Positions 1 to 13,351 of a stretch of 64,000 bases of DNA are shown in pieces. Position 1 is the first letter of the stretch. Each line of letters opens with the position of its first letter. Origin of the DNA: Phoronis australis (Eukaryota; Animalia; Phoronida); assembly GCA_002633005.1 (NCBI GenBank), contig NMRA01000432.1, forward strand, positions 1 to 64,000, given 5' to 3'. The position numbers were made by a program, and so were the translations under genes. The notes beneath the pieces are model-generated. The model made no database searches. It was not told where the DNA came from and saw nothing but the letters and a program-made list of their open reading frames with translations.

Positions 1-3000
1 CAGGGCCCTCAAATGGTAAACCATACACTGATACCGAGTTTTCAAAGTTCTCTTGAGTTTTCTCTCTGATCAGTATTCGAAGTCTTTCCTTTTTGTCTTT
101 GCCCATTCCCACACCTTTGTCGGTTGCCATGGTTTAGCCCTGAGGCATGCAATTTTTTTTGGGTGGCACTCGCTTACTAAGGTCCTGATGCAAGGAGTCC
201 ATCGTTGGTCCAAGGTCATTGTTGTGTTTCAACACGCACTCGTTGTATAGCTTGAGCATTAAATTAAAGGTTTAAGAAATACAGGAGCTGTTTTGCGCAT
301 TTAATTGTGCGTGTAAAAGGTTTTATGGATTCGTACCGAATTTGTTGCTGCAACTTGTCTGATGGGCCTGTACCCGGCGCGTGATCACAAATGTGGACAC
401 TAATTCGGCTATTGCGCAAGTCGACTGTAGCAAGGTGGCCAGTGAAAATGTAAGGCAGCACGCTAGTGTGCGTGTGTGTTTCTTATTATGAAAACCATTG
501 AAGGCAATTATCAGCACCTGCAAACAAGAATTTTGAAGTATGGAGAATTTCAACAGGAGTTTGCTGTAGACTTACACCCCGCGAAGCTGCAGACATTCCA
601 GCCACGTTTACTGCCGGTCCTTCGAAGCAATTATAGCACATATATACGATTTTTTAAGAATGGCAAGGGTGCGTTTTGTGTTGACAGAAATGTCCATTGC
701 GTCGAGGAATCTGAGGCATTTAATGATGAACAACTGTTGTGGCTTAATTTGGAAAAACACTTAGCAAAACTAACTTCCAAGTATGCATACTGTGGCGGAA
801 TTAAGAAATGCGATTATGGCAGTGCTAACTGTAGCAGAGCCACTAAGTGTGCTAAAATGGTAGGAAATTAGGCAAAACATTTCTGTAGCAGATAAAAGGT
901 TGATTGGCGCAGGAAAAGGCCGAGGTCTTCAATGCTCAGAAAGATTTCGGCAGGCAAGAGACTTGCCAAGAAAATGACACAGTTGTGTCCGGGCATTCTA
1001 AAGGAAAGAACTGCAGCCAATTCCAGTTACTCGGTGCAACTTCTCTCACCCGACGGCGTTGTTTCACGATACCGCAACCTCAAACAACGTCAAAGAAACG
1101 AAACGCGGAGGGTGAGATATTTCAGAGTATTAATATTTATTCTTGGATACAGGTGTCCAACTCAAAATGAATAACCCACGGTCATTCTTTATGCCGATAG
1201 CAATGTTTTCGCCAACTGAAGAAGAACAGGAATCATAGACATCCCGCGCGCTCCGTCTATGGTTCTGACACTTCAAACTTTCAACACGATAGGTAGCCGC
1301 AGAAAGTTCGATGTTGACCTCATTCTAATCTTCTCTGCAATCCACAGTCTGGGGACGAAAACAATTCAAATGCGCTCCTCGAAATAGGGCTTGCTTAGCT
1401 GGAATTCAGAACTGCGGTGATGAGAGTGTTTTCACCTCCTGATTGCGAAGCGATCGAGTTAGCTGTGGTGTCTTCATCAGCGCGTGCTCTCAGCAGGAGG
1501 TCACCACTTTATGCACTCAAGCGGTCGACAACAACTAAACTGACGAGAGTCTCAGAACTCCCACATGCAAATGTGATATGCAAATGAGGTAGTACTTGAC
1601 TACTGCGCCATCTATACATCCACGAAAAAGCTTAAATACCCGTGACTGCGTGTGGGAAATTGCGATTGCGTGCGCTGAAGTCGATATTTTCAAAGTACAA
1701 TTACACCACTGTTTAAGGTTGAAAAGTGATTTTTTGATATCCTTCTATAGAAAAAGCTTTAATCTCTGTGATAAAATCATCTGTTTTCTTTTAAACGAAA
1801 CTTAAGTATTGAAATTAGTCCGGGGAAGGAGGCCAAAAACGGCGGTTTAGCTAGTTGTCCCTTCCTGGTTATCTCTTCCTGGTATTACTATGTTTGGCTA
1901 TCTTATCGTTTTGCTACATAAGTACAGTATAACCTGCTCTAATGCATCTCTATGTCTAACATAATAAACAATAATTTAAATCAGGACAGTTTTTAAATTT
2001 TGCCCAACTTTTTTCCAAAATCTCTTTGCAGGATTACCCAAGTTCACCTTAATGCAGTCGGAATGTTAACTTTGTGTATTTTATTTTCGTTTTGCTGCAC
2101 ATGCATTGTCTTATGATTTTTCAATGAAGTAGCTGACACTACACTCTCGAGACTTCTGAATTTTTGGAGTCTGACTGATGGTAAGCATCAAACACCATTG
2201 CATACCCATACTAAACTCGGGCGGATCCAGGATTTGGAGTTGGAAGGGGCAGGGCACAGAATTTTGCCACATCCGCGCTCCCACCCTAAAATGTAGGGAT
2301 TCAGGGGTCTCGAATTTTTGGGTTTGTGGACCTTATTACTAAAAAAATCCAGTAAACGGGGTTTGTTCAAGGCCAATGCATTGTGCGTTCGCCCCCGGAG
2401 CCCCCTGGGTGCGCGCATATGCTAGTCAGCAATTCACACCCCGAACTGACAAATGGTATCTGGTAGAATTTTAGGGGGCATGGCCCCCTTGGCCCCCTCC
2501 TGTAATCCGCCATTGAAACTGTGATAGATGCAAAAAAACATCTGATAACTGATTTTTCTGCTATCTTGCGTGTAAAATACTCGGTTTCCTGTGTTTTTTT
2601 TACGAAAATGTCTACGAACCTTCTGCAAATACATCATTCTATGCGTTGTCGGTGAAAACTAAAAAACATTGGTATCCATAGTGCGAGAATATTCAGACAT
2701 CCATATGCACATCTGGGCGTGAGCTGTTCGGGGACTTTCCTGAATGAAACGCGTAAGAAAAGTTATTCAAAAACGCCAATTTCACCGGTAGTCGACTATC
2801 CTTATAAGATCGGATTTTCTGACCTCATTTCACAGCATCTATCTCATTACATTTCAATATATCTCTTTTTTATGACTAACTACTTTGCTGTCTGATTTGT
2901 TCGGGTTTAGTGATATACACTGTATGGAGATGCAGTCTCCTTCCGGCCCAATACACCTATTATTGTTTTTTATAAAATTCGTTGAATTGAGATGCGTCGG

Positions 3001-3964
3001 GACAAGATCAACCGACTTCGAGAACATTAGAAAACTAATTTTCAATCAGACCCACACATTAAAATTTCAGATTCAAGTTCGCAGTTATATATAACTGGAC
3101 TTACTTTATAGATTTTTTACTCAACCGTAATGCATTTTGAAACGGTGACTATATGCATTTGTGACTACATGCTATTGGCAGCGTTATCATCAGGGTCAAA
3201 GGAAACCAACGTGCCTTGTTGTGCTTCTCATTCTTTTCTGTAAAGTAACAAAATTAAAGCTCTCTTGATATGTTCGATCGCCTATTTTAAGATTTCAAAA
3301 CTGTATTTTGAATCCTCGCATACATTTGTTACTATGCAGACATTGGCCAGTTGCACAATTTTGGTGAGGTGCCCTACTTCTAGAGCCCGATGCGGTATGA
3401 AGAAGGGTGATTGCCTAGACTTTTATGGTTTTATTTTGAAGAGCGAAGATCAATCTAAACACTCGTTGTAGTTTTGCTGTTTTAAATTTGGCTTCAGCTG
3501 AAATATTGAGGCAGGAAGTAGGGCAATTTTCAACAGTTTGGAATCACCGCAAACTAGCTAAACTGGTAGCCTTCAAAAACGGCTAAGATGTAACTAGTGA
3601 AACCGTGACATTTTCTATGATTGGCAAGTTGAAAGACACCCCAATTCAGTGATAAACTTGAAGTGTTTTATTTTGCACTATTATTCTCAAGGTAAGTTCG
3701 CAAAAAGTGCCAAAATGTAGCTGTAACGAGGCTTGGAATTGGCAGAAAAACAACACGTTCCCATAGCAACCACAAGGTGGCGCACGCAAAAAAATTATTG
3801 TTGGTATGAAGGTTGGGGCATCAACCCCTACCATAATGCAAACAATCGAGGAAATCCGTGACATAGCCTTTATCACTTTTTGCCTGGTCCATTCGTGGAC
3901 GTGCTCTTACGTAATTTACACTGGAAATCAACCACAGTATTATAGCATTTCTATTATGATATAT

Positions 3965-4818
3965 ATAGATTATTACATGGCGAAGTCGTTATCCCCCGTT
4001 ATCTAGAGCCCGAGTGGATTTTGGAAAATTATCGCCCGAGGGGCGTTAGCCCCCAGGGTGATAATTCTCCAAAATCCACGAGGGCTCTGGATAAGGGGGA
4101 TAACGGCTGAGAACATGTAATAATCTATTAATACCACATACTAAACGAGAAACATTGCAATGAATCGATTTACCTTTTTTGACTCTCCACGGCTTAGTAA
4201 CTACTTTCTATGTCAGAGGCCCGAGGTCGGAGGTGGTGACCTTTTAAGAAAAGCCCGGCTATTTTTGTCAAATAATGCTTTTACGCAAAACCAATTGAAA
4301 ACTTAAATATTATAGAATTAAATTGAATTTATAAATTAAGGTTTACCAACTATTATAGCTTAAAACACGTTTTTTTCACGCTAAGCTTCGACCGGGAAAT
4401 TATCGTCTGCTAAAGTAGGTTACCACTAGTAACTGAATATAATTCTCAAGTCAAAGATCCTGACGACACGCTACCCGCTTTCAAACTAGAGATCGGTGAT
4501 TCACAAGTAAGAGGAAAATTTTCACCGAATTAAGATATCGTTTTTATGGAAATTACGTGTCGTAGCGTATAAGTACAGTAATATGTGGTTTATTGAACGT
4601 GCGATTATTGCGCGTGCTCATTTAAGTATTCTATTTTCACACTTGATGACGTCAGTCGCTGTGTGGTGTAGTGGTAAAGTCGGCGACTACCAATATTAAG
4701 GTCCCGGGTTCGCCCCCGTCCTCGGTTTCCCGCCATATCGATATCTCACTAGTGAGATAACTTTATGGGTTATTACACGGTTGTATTTGCCATTTGACGC
4801 TAATATTGTGGTATAAAA
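3965..4818 (+). mobile_element. Dispersed repeat of about 850 bp with a long terminal hairpin and an internal tRNA-like module (copy 1)
   Basis: Hairpin of about 165 bp at 3965-4128, tRNA-like segment, and palindrome TATCTCACTAGTGAGATA. An inverted homolog lies at 38120-39021. Confidence 0.75.
4658..4726 (+). pseudogene. tRNA-derived sequence (Pol III A and B boxes)
   Basis: A box TGGTGTAGTGG and B-box-like GGTTCGCCCCC. The anticodon arm is irregular, so this is not a functional tRNA. Confidence 0.6.
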
Positions 4819-5724
4819 GTATTTTATCACATATACCTAAAGATTGGTCATAAGACATACAAAATATATAAAATATTGCTTTAGAGAAATCACCTTTACA
4901 AATCCATTGAACATTTCCTACGAATTACTTTTGAAATTTATTAGACTAAATCATCACTGAATCATAGACAATGTACTTAAGACTGATTGATAGTATAATA
5001 GTCTCTCACACGAAATCAACAATAATGTGAAAGCAATTTCTACAATAATCATAGACGAACATTTTCATTCAAAATACTAATTGGTCAGAACAACTGTATG
5101 TAAGTATTGCCGTATGACACTTAGTGTGGCCTTTTAAATCTACCTACATGTAAACACTACAAAAATGCACTGGTTCTGTTGATCCTTTTGAAATAACACA
5201 ATTAAGAAAGGAACTTCAGGAAAAAAGGTTCAAAACAAAACGTCAAAATACTATCGCATCCCGGCCGACAACTACCAACCATAAACTCTGTAAAATCATC
5301 TGTATAAACTGTAGTGACTTAACAACGTTCACCACTGGACTTAATTATTTCATTCATTCTGCTTGCTATGCCTGTAGAAGGAGGCATACTGTTTGCATGA
5401 CATGGCACATTCACCACTAAAATGAATGTTCTCGTGCTGTGGCGCAATGTCGCGTCAGGCTCACTCTTTCCTTGGAACATTGATCGGAGATAAGACACTG
5501 AATCGACTTGGCACCTGAGCACGATGCTTCATGTGTTTTCCTATATCGGTAAAAAACTCATGACGCATGCAACGCGCCAGTCACAGGACTGGTATGAAAG
5601 TCTTGCTTTATTGTAGTATCATTGAGTTTTGTTGTCATGTGGACATACTAAGTCGATTTCTTAGTTGCTGACTGAAGCTCCACAACAGTTCCCACACACT
5701 CTGTTGTGACATGCAGCAGTTGTA

Positions 5725-5786
5725 CTACTCTTTTGCAGGCGTGGACGTTAACACCCTGAAGGACTCGTCGTGTGAATACAGTTCAA
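5725..5786 (-). CDS. Candidate short terminal coding exon of the multi-Ig gene
   Basis: Strong acceptor ttttttcag|TTGAAC. In phase 1 it reads (F)ELYSHDESFRVLTSTPAKE-stop, and there is a minus-strand AATAAA at 5607-5612. No homology support. Confidence 0.3.
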
Positions 5787-6779
5787 CTGAAAAAATCAAA
5801 CACATTCAGTTAGCCTTTTTTACGTTTCTTAGGCTAAATCTCATTTAGAAATCATGAAAAAAACGATGAAATGTAATTAATAATCAACCCATCAACTAAT
5901 TCAGGGTCCGTATTATTCTAAAATTAATGACATAATACCGTAACTTGAACGACTATTCAGACCAATACAAAGAAAAAAAATGTGCGCTCACGATCGCTTT
6001 TTTTGCGTTCACGATCTCCATAGAGAATTATCGACTTCGTTCCCGATCGCCGTCTCATACAAGGATCTGCGTGTATTGGTAAATATCTCAAATTGCTTCA
6101 CAAATCATAAGTTAGTAACAAAGGTGACACCAGGGACGGTGACTATAAACGTCACACGTCTCTTCTTAAGAACCCTGGAATTGCTAATAACAAGTGAACA
6201 AGTAGGCGCAAGGCATTTTAGAATGAAAGCCATTGATTTCTGAGCTCTTTATTTTGAAAAATAAGCAGAAGCTAAGTATTATTTCGAATCCACAACAAAG
6301 GTTACACTCTGACGCTTTTCTGTGGGTAGCATTCGTACCAAATTAGCCACTATTTAAGCAGAAAATGACACTTAAACTCACCGGGTACGTAACTGTCGTC
6401 TGCCATTTTTGGTGCAAGGTCTCGTTTTCTATCGCCTTCGGGAGTTTTCGATCGCGGGATGGCCAGGGTGCACTACTCCAGTCGCAATGACGGCGTTTTC
6501 TTAGCCCTGGTTCCTGAATGAATTGTATTTTCGGGTTCGCGGTAAGTTCAAACTGGCGGTGGTTCTTCGGGTGCGAATCGTGAGTGGCGCGGTCATTTAA
6601 ACTTTTTTCGAGTACGGATCGTGTATTAGTTATGTACGGATCGGGTATTAGTTATGGGGTAGGTACTTCTTGGGTCCTTATAACATCCTCTAACAATGTA
6701 ATAAGGGTTAACAACGTGTGAGACCAGGACTTTAAGATGAAACAGTATTCGGGTTGTCAAAACCTTTTTCATTTCGGGT

Positions 6780-7977
6780 AGGGAGCAGGCTTGCAGAGAT
6801 ATTTTTTAACTTTGTCTTTGTCATTAAAGTTGGGATCAAAACTTGTGTTTCCTGGTCAACTCATGGAAGACATTGAACCGTTTGTAGGCAAGTTGTACGG
6901 CGACTTATCGACAGTTAACAAAGCACGCTACCACATATTCAGGTTGAAATCTGTGATGGAATCATCTCTGTCTCCTAATCATGATTGTTTGCTGCTACAT
7001 GCCAAAAGAGTAAACTACCAGTGTGCCATTCACAAACGAGCCTTGCAAAAGCATGTCAGTGCACCATCTCCACTTGGTAATTGGTGGCTTTTGGAACGGG
7101 GTAGTGTGCCAGTGAAGCTCCACTGGATGACTTGCCTTTAGCCACAGAAAATGCCATGTAAATGTTAAAGAGGTGGTTGTAGTAAACAAATGTGCTCTTG
7201 TTTGAAGTCAGGCAAGTCATGTTCTAAGTTGTGTGACTGTCCCGACTGTGTGAACACGGTGTCTCAGTCAAAAAACAATTTTTGATGAGAATAATGATCA
7301 TATAAGTGTTGATGGAGTGGATGAAGAAACATAATAAGTGTATGATATGTTGTTAAAGAACTTTACATTTTTAACCCACTGGAAAATATTGACAACATTT
7401 TATCATGCTGGTGACTGTCGCGGCTGCAGGGTGTATCAATTCCTGTGCCAGGTGACAATGAACTGCAATGTGGATAATGATGAGAGTGAATTCCTTGCAG
7501 AAGTGTTGAAAATGTATGTTAGTCATATGTGGGTTGTGATATCAAATCTTTAATAGGTTCCAAATAGTTAACAGTATTGTTTTTGGTAGGAGTTCAGAAT
7601 ATAGTAGTATGTGTTCTGGCCAACAGGAGGCGTTACTAATTTTTTTTCTTTTTCTCTCTTTGAACACATTTTCACCTAATCTCATAATTTTTATCACTTT
7701 CCATGTCCAGTAGCTTCAAATGAATAAAACCCAATCAAATTATCATTCAGTTTCTGTCTAGTGTTGTTGGTTTTTGAAGATTGGTTTTCTGTGCCAAATT
7801 CTGCAAAAAGTCAGAATTTTTAGGTCAAATTTCTCGAAAACGTTTAAGTAAAACCTTCGAAACTTTTTAAATTCTTAAAGTATAGTACTTAATGACCTTA
7901 TGAACACCAAATTTTTCTTGCCCCCAAAAAGTAGCTACGGAAGTAATTTTCTAGGCTTCCTAGAGTCGAATGGACTA
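6780..7977 (+). mobile_element. Academ (XPG plus Cys-rich finger type) DNA transposon, 3' remnant
   Basis: FVGKLYG..VNKARY.IF...LLLHAKRVNYQ...PSP...W followed by a Cys-rich C.CK..C...C.C..C.N tail. Candidate terminus ...GAATGGACTA ending at 7977. Confidence 0.6.
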
Positions 7978-7999
7978 TGGCCTAAAACATGCAATAACA

Positions 8000-8290
8000 G
8001 TCGGAAACACGTTTCTCCTGGGAAAGCGTACGCAACACCACTGACAGTCTTCGAGAAACTGGAAGAAGTGGGATATGTTGTTCCCGAAAGCAATCGGCAC
8101 TACCCCTGTAGAGAGGCGTTTGATGTAGAGACGTTCATGAAAACAACGGAAAAGGTCGTAGGCCCTAAACTAACCTAGGACAGAGAAGACGAGATCATGG
8201 GCTTTTCTGTGTCCAGTAACGTCGACTAGTTTGAAGATCCGCATATGCTTTGTGTCTAATGGTGATCCCAAAAAAGTAGTGGACGGTGCC
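8000..8290 (+). pseudogene. Polinton/Maverick-like protein-primed DNA polymerase B fragment
   Basis: TVFEKLEEVGYVVPESNRHYPCREAFDVET...SVSSNVD*FEDP resembles the pPolB exonuclease I region (YP..A.FDFE ... SVS..SNV). Confidence 0.5.
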
Positions 8291-9121
8291 ACGCCCTTCA
8301 ACGATGATGACCTCAGCAATCACTGACTTCCAATTCGACTATGGCCTCACTTTCACTTCCTTCCGGTTTATTTTATCAAGCGACTTTGGCATTCCTTCAT
8401 GTTTTTTGCCATGGCGTCTCTTTCCGAATTACCAATGACATCACTTCCACACACAAATTATCCGTGTTACAAAATGGGTGCCACAGTTCTTGGTGTGTGG
8501 TCTTTCCCTAGAGGTCGTGTAAGATGTTTCAAAAATTTCCTCCAAACCTTTGAGGATTTACGACTTTAAATAGCATTATTTTGCTTAGGACATTGAAAGA
8601 GAAAATCATTTTTAATATCTGTTAATAGGTCAAAACCGGGCAAGGTACGTGAAAAGTGCACTGCCCTTCACCACTGCTAGGGCGGCGCACGACCCAGCCG
8701 CCTTGGATCCTATGTTATTCAAGTCTTTATTAGCCTGAGTAGCGTAACACTTGTCTTACAAATCTGCATAAAATTAGGTTTCAAATGAGTACTTTAGTAA
8801 GCAGACCAAGACCTTACTCCGAAACCGGTTTGATGTACTTCAAGTATGCAGTGAATGTCGATTACAAGTCATTTTTGCTAAATCATTTGATTTAGAGTTT
8901 AAAAGACAGTGAAACAAAACCAGAATATAAGATGAATGGTAAGCTTTTGGGAGAAATGAATCTGTTAGCAGCAGAAAGTGCCGTCGTTCCTTTAATCAAA
9001 CGAGGCCGGCATCATTGAATTTGTAATCGTTGATTTGAAAATGTACTTGAAGTAATACAAACTCAAACATAGTATTATGCCCGTTATTAAGCTATTGGCA
9101 GCCTTCTCTGGACATACTTAC

Positions 9122-9430
9122 AAACAATACCGAGGGAGAAGCTTTTCGTGACGGTGATTGAAGATTGTATGGTATTAGTCGCCGAGCACTGCCATTCCTG
9201 GCCGTGAAGCAGCTTGTCTGCCAAAAACGTAAACATTCTTTGAAACTTCGAGCCAATCTGCTTTTGACTGGAGATGGAGCCACTGGGAGGCGTTCTACTC
9301 CAATGCATCGTTGCTGCTGGAAATACTTCGTCTGTCACGCACAGAACACTATAAGTGCGACCGTGAATTAAGAAGCTGCTGTTGAAAGGAACTCCGTCTT
9401 TCGTAGTAAAATTCAACTCCGTCGGTCCAA
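9122..9430 (-). CDS. Multi-Ig gene, Ig exon 12 (D' type)
   Basis: acag|TTGGACCG to |GTAAGT; 309 nt. GPTELNFTTKDG...YSVLCVTDEVFPAATMHW...HGQEWQCSATN. Confidence 0.9.
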
Positions 9431-10668
9431 CTGTCGTCGTTTGAAAGAGTGAAAAATTTAACTATCCAACGTCACATTGTATATACAGTTTAGTACATCC
9501 TCAACGGAACAATTCATTGCTCCAGAACGAGAAAGTACTCAGCGTTTTCAATGATTACAATATAAGCCTTATGTAAAACCAAGGTGCTTAGTAAAGAGCC
9601 ACTTCCTCTTTTAGATCATGCTCAGCGGGTTACTAGTGGCATGCACTGTATTGTACCTCGTTTTTATGAATTATCTTTTGTAATCTCTAATTACACCTTC
9701 AACCAGTGTTGTTACACTTTTTCAAAACACATGTGCCTTGCCTGTTCACTTAAGGTAGATCTAATGACCTAGTTGATATTAACACATTACAACACATTCG
9801 CAGGTTCCGCATTGCCGCGTATTAGCGCCCGGGAGCTTAACATTTAAAAAAAATTTTTGCCCCTGCGCTAAATCCAAAAATGCGTTTTTGAAAAAGGCGG
9901 GGCTTGTCCAACAAGGCCATTTTTCTAGACCCGTTGCTCTCTGACCGTCGTTAACAACTGCATGTTAATGTTCGTTTCACTTGACAACCTGGAAAATATG
10001 GGACTGGCTTCTGTATGCTATATAAGTTGTTAAAACAACCAATACGTCATTTGTAATTTTCAATGCTTGCAACGCATCTAATCATTAATTTACACGCCTT
10101 GTTTTGTTTTACAGTTCGGTAACAGTGGGAACTGGAGTACCCTAGGAAAGAAAATTGAGATCAGGATTATTTGAAATAGTCTTGAATAAGCCCCGGCGGT
10201 TATTTGACCTGGCAGTAACTTCACTACGGTGATTTTAAAGGCCCTTTCATACTAATGTCGACGCGTCGATGTTTAACTTCACAGAAATTGCTGCAGGGTT
10301 TAACAGTGTCGACGGTGCAGTGTGTTATGAACTGTCAACCTCGGTCTTTATCGAAGTTATCGCCAGGTGCCATTACTATCGCCAGCAATTAAAGGTTAGT
10401 GCTGTCGCTAATAGTTGCTTATATTTCGCTCGCATCATCACCAATCGAAGTAGAAATAAGCTTGTTGTCAATTAGCACACGCAAATATCCTCAAATTGTC
10501 ACAGTACAAGACAGTGAGCGCGGGATACACCAGCGTTACTTTGCGATTAATGCGATGACGACAGCATCACCCACCGTTTACTTCGATGCCGTTTCCTACC
10601 GAAAGCTGATATAATCTATATCAGTTAGCCTCTTTGCATGAATTTGGTTCAGATTATGATATGCTTAC

Positions 10669-10995
10669 ATGTGTGGCGTTCGACTTTGATCACCAGTGTC
10701 GTAGAAACGTTAAATCCACTGTGTTTAGTATTTTGTGCACTGCAAGTGACCACGTTATTGGTTGATTTTGAAGCAGTGAATTCCAATTTTAAACTGTGAA
10801 TTTCCCCATTATTCACAGAATTTCTACTCTCTCGGCGCTCAGTCCCTTCGATTCCCGCCCACTTGATATCAACACCAGGATAAACAGGATCCGTTGCGCA
10901 AACTAAAGTGTAAGTTTTTCCAATGGAAGCTGTTAAGTGGCTGCCGTTTTGGTAGATAATTGTGCCTTCGGAAACCGAGAGCAGTGCTGGGCCAA
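10669..10995 (-). CDS. Multi-Ig gene, Ig exon 11 (C' type)
   Basis: ttttttttttcag|TTGGCCCA to |GTAAGC; 327 nt. GPALLSVSEG...YTLVCATDPVYPGVDIKW...VTCSAQN. Confidence 0.9.
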
Positions 10996-12065
10996 CTGAA
11001 AAAAAAAACATTTTAAGCGTTTAGTTAAATTAAGCATTCAAAAGAATTTTGGCGGCTCAATCATGACATGAAACATTTACAAAGTTGCCACAAGGTCTCA
11101 TGAGGTTAAGAAACACCGTTGACAGCAAAAAAGGTAGGTCTTGACTTGTTGACCGGAGCGGAAGAAGGTAGCTCAGTTTTAGATATTTTGGGCTTGATTC
11201 CTGTAGGATCGTACTTTATTATGTAAAAAAATGAGGTTACGAAGCTCCCTATTAACAAAGCTTAGTTTTCCATAATTATGTGCGAGTGTGTACACACTGT
11301 CCAACGTATCTGAATGGATGACCTGGCTGAGTTCTGCAGGTGCAAGGATTAAGCAAAGGAAGTTAGAGTGATTACGTTGTTCGCATGTAATACATGGCAA
11401 TATCTCGTGAAGCCTTGCGTAATCTTGCGTTTTTACGAGATTCTCGCGTCTACGTAACGCACGGACAGGTCACGGAAATGGAGTCAACTGAATTTGCTCC
11501 GAGAACAGGGTTAGAAGAAAGTTTACGACACAAGCGATTGTATGTCTACTGTTACCGAGTAATTAGTGAAGCAGTGGCCAGATGCTAGATGCTATAAGTA
11601 AATGCATTTGGCATAAAACTAGTAAACATCATGAAACGTCAAAAAACAAGGACATTTGTGGCCATAAACGAACAGCGTTTTGAAGATTGGGCTGAAATTA
11701 TGAATGAAGACAAATGACATTTCACTGGACAGCTCTCGATTTGGCGACCTGGGAAAATTCCAAGTCCCCACCATGTCGCCAGTGCGAGTATCAAAGTCAG
11801 ATAAGAATTTCGTCTAAATTGGTTTCAAAGCTCATGTTGACTTCCAAACTTTGAATCACAAATAAGTTTCCTAGATTCATTACCTATGATTCACAATTGC
11901 TCTTTGCGTCAAATCAGCGCATTTGGCACCAAGCTAAAATTACAACCAGATGTAAACAAACAAAAGTCGGAATTGTTCGACAAAAATTGGGAAAGATCGG
12001 TGAAAAGAGCACCAGCCTATGCAGTCGTCTGCGTTCTACGATTGTTCATTTTTTTAATCGACGAA

Positions 12066-12942
12066 AGGCGAAGGCAACCTATTTTCATGTCATTTTTAGC
12101 AAAAATAAGGTTCGTTGATTATCCCAGACATATTTTCCACTTAATTACAGCTTTTCGTAATTTGATTAATTATTCGTTCTCTACTCCAGAAGTGACGTTT
12201 TAGGATGCAAGGATTTCGCACCAATTTCTTTTCCCGTAGTCTGACTACATGAGCGTTGACGAGTCAGTCATAGATCTACCTCAGTTGTCATAAGTTACTC
12301 GTCGTTTGCTTTTGTTTACGAGTCAGTCAACATGCCACACTGTTGCCGCCTACCGGGATGTTCTCATTACGGCCCAAAGCCTGTAAGCAGCCCTGCTGCG
12401 ATGTTGAGTAGTGGGAGTGAATACAGGCCCCATTCGAGTACACCCAGTGAAGACAACAGGTCGTCGTTCAATGAACAGATGAGTTTATTGTGGACTTGTC
12501 TAAAGTATTGGAGCTATTTAGAAGGTGCCAGGTGTGTGGCGAGGGTGTCACACAGCAGGGTGTAAGCAGTTTGTGTGCTCAGGTCATTATCAGTGGGAGT
12601 GTGTCGCGGGCACTCGGGCAAGTGGGACAGTTGTTCCTCTGTCCGTGAGACGATAATGAGTACATCCCGGTACGCAGCGACAGTGTGGCATGTTGACTGA
12701 CTGGTAAACAAAAGTACACGATAACTGAATTATCAAAACTGACTGACTCGGCAGCTCTCACAGTCGGACTATACGAAAAGAAATAAGCGGCTAAATCTTG
12801 TCTCCCAAAACGTCACTTCCGGAGTAGATAACGAATAGTTAATTAAATTACGAAAAGCTGTAATTAAGGGGAAAATATGTCTGGGATAACCAACGAACCT
12901 TATTTTTGCTAAAAAGACATGAAAAAAAGGTTGCCTTCGCCT
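12066..12942 (-). mobile_element. Shorter copy of the same Kolobok family (TIRs about 300 bp)
   Basis: AGGCGAAGGCAACC...GGTTGCCTTCGCCT|TTAA. The interior is the reverse complement of part of 30670-30855. The left TSD is degenerate. Confidence 0.8.
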
Positions 12943-13351
12943 TTAACTTTTACGCGACGGATCGGAAACCTAAGAATTCATTTCGGGGCCTGAGATTTTC
13001 AGTTTTGGCGACCTCAGATTTGTTTTGGTGATCTGGGATTTTCCCCAGGTAGCCAAATACGACTTCACGTTCAGCTAACAGTCGAGTACTGCTAATACAA
13101 GTAGGTCTATTTGTAAATAGAATATAATTCTCAGCTAATAAAATGGTTTGGCACAAATTTTAAAAGCGCCATTAGCTTGAAGACTGGGAAGACCTCTGAA
13201 GGAAAACTAAATAAATCCAAAAAGACAGACCATATAATTCCTAAGTTTTGTTTAAATATTTTTCCATGCTAGATCAAAGGAAAACATTTCGACAAATTTA
13301 TATTCAAGTCAGTTAAAAAATATAGAATTCACGCTCTGTCAATCAACTCAC

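Noticed and set aside
4658-4726. Functional tRNA gene
   Set aside because: The anticodon arm is irregular and differs between the two copies, and the sequence is embedded in a dispersed repeat.
5319-5522. ORF beginning LRCQVDS as a 13th Ig exon
   Set aside because: No GP linker, core Trp, correctly spaced second Cys or in-phase acceptor.
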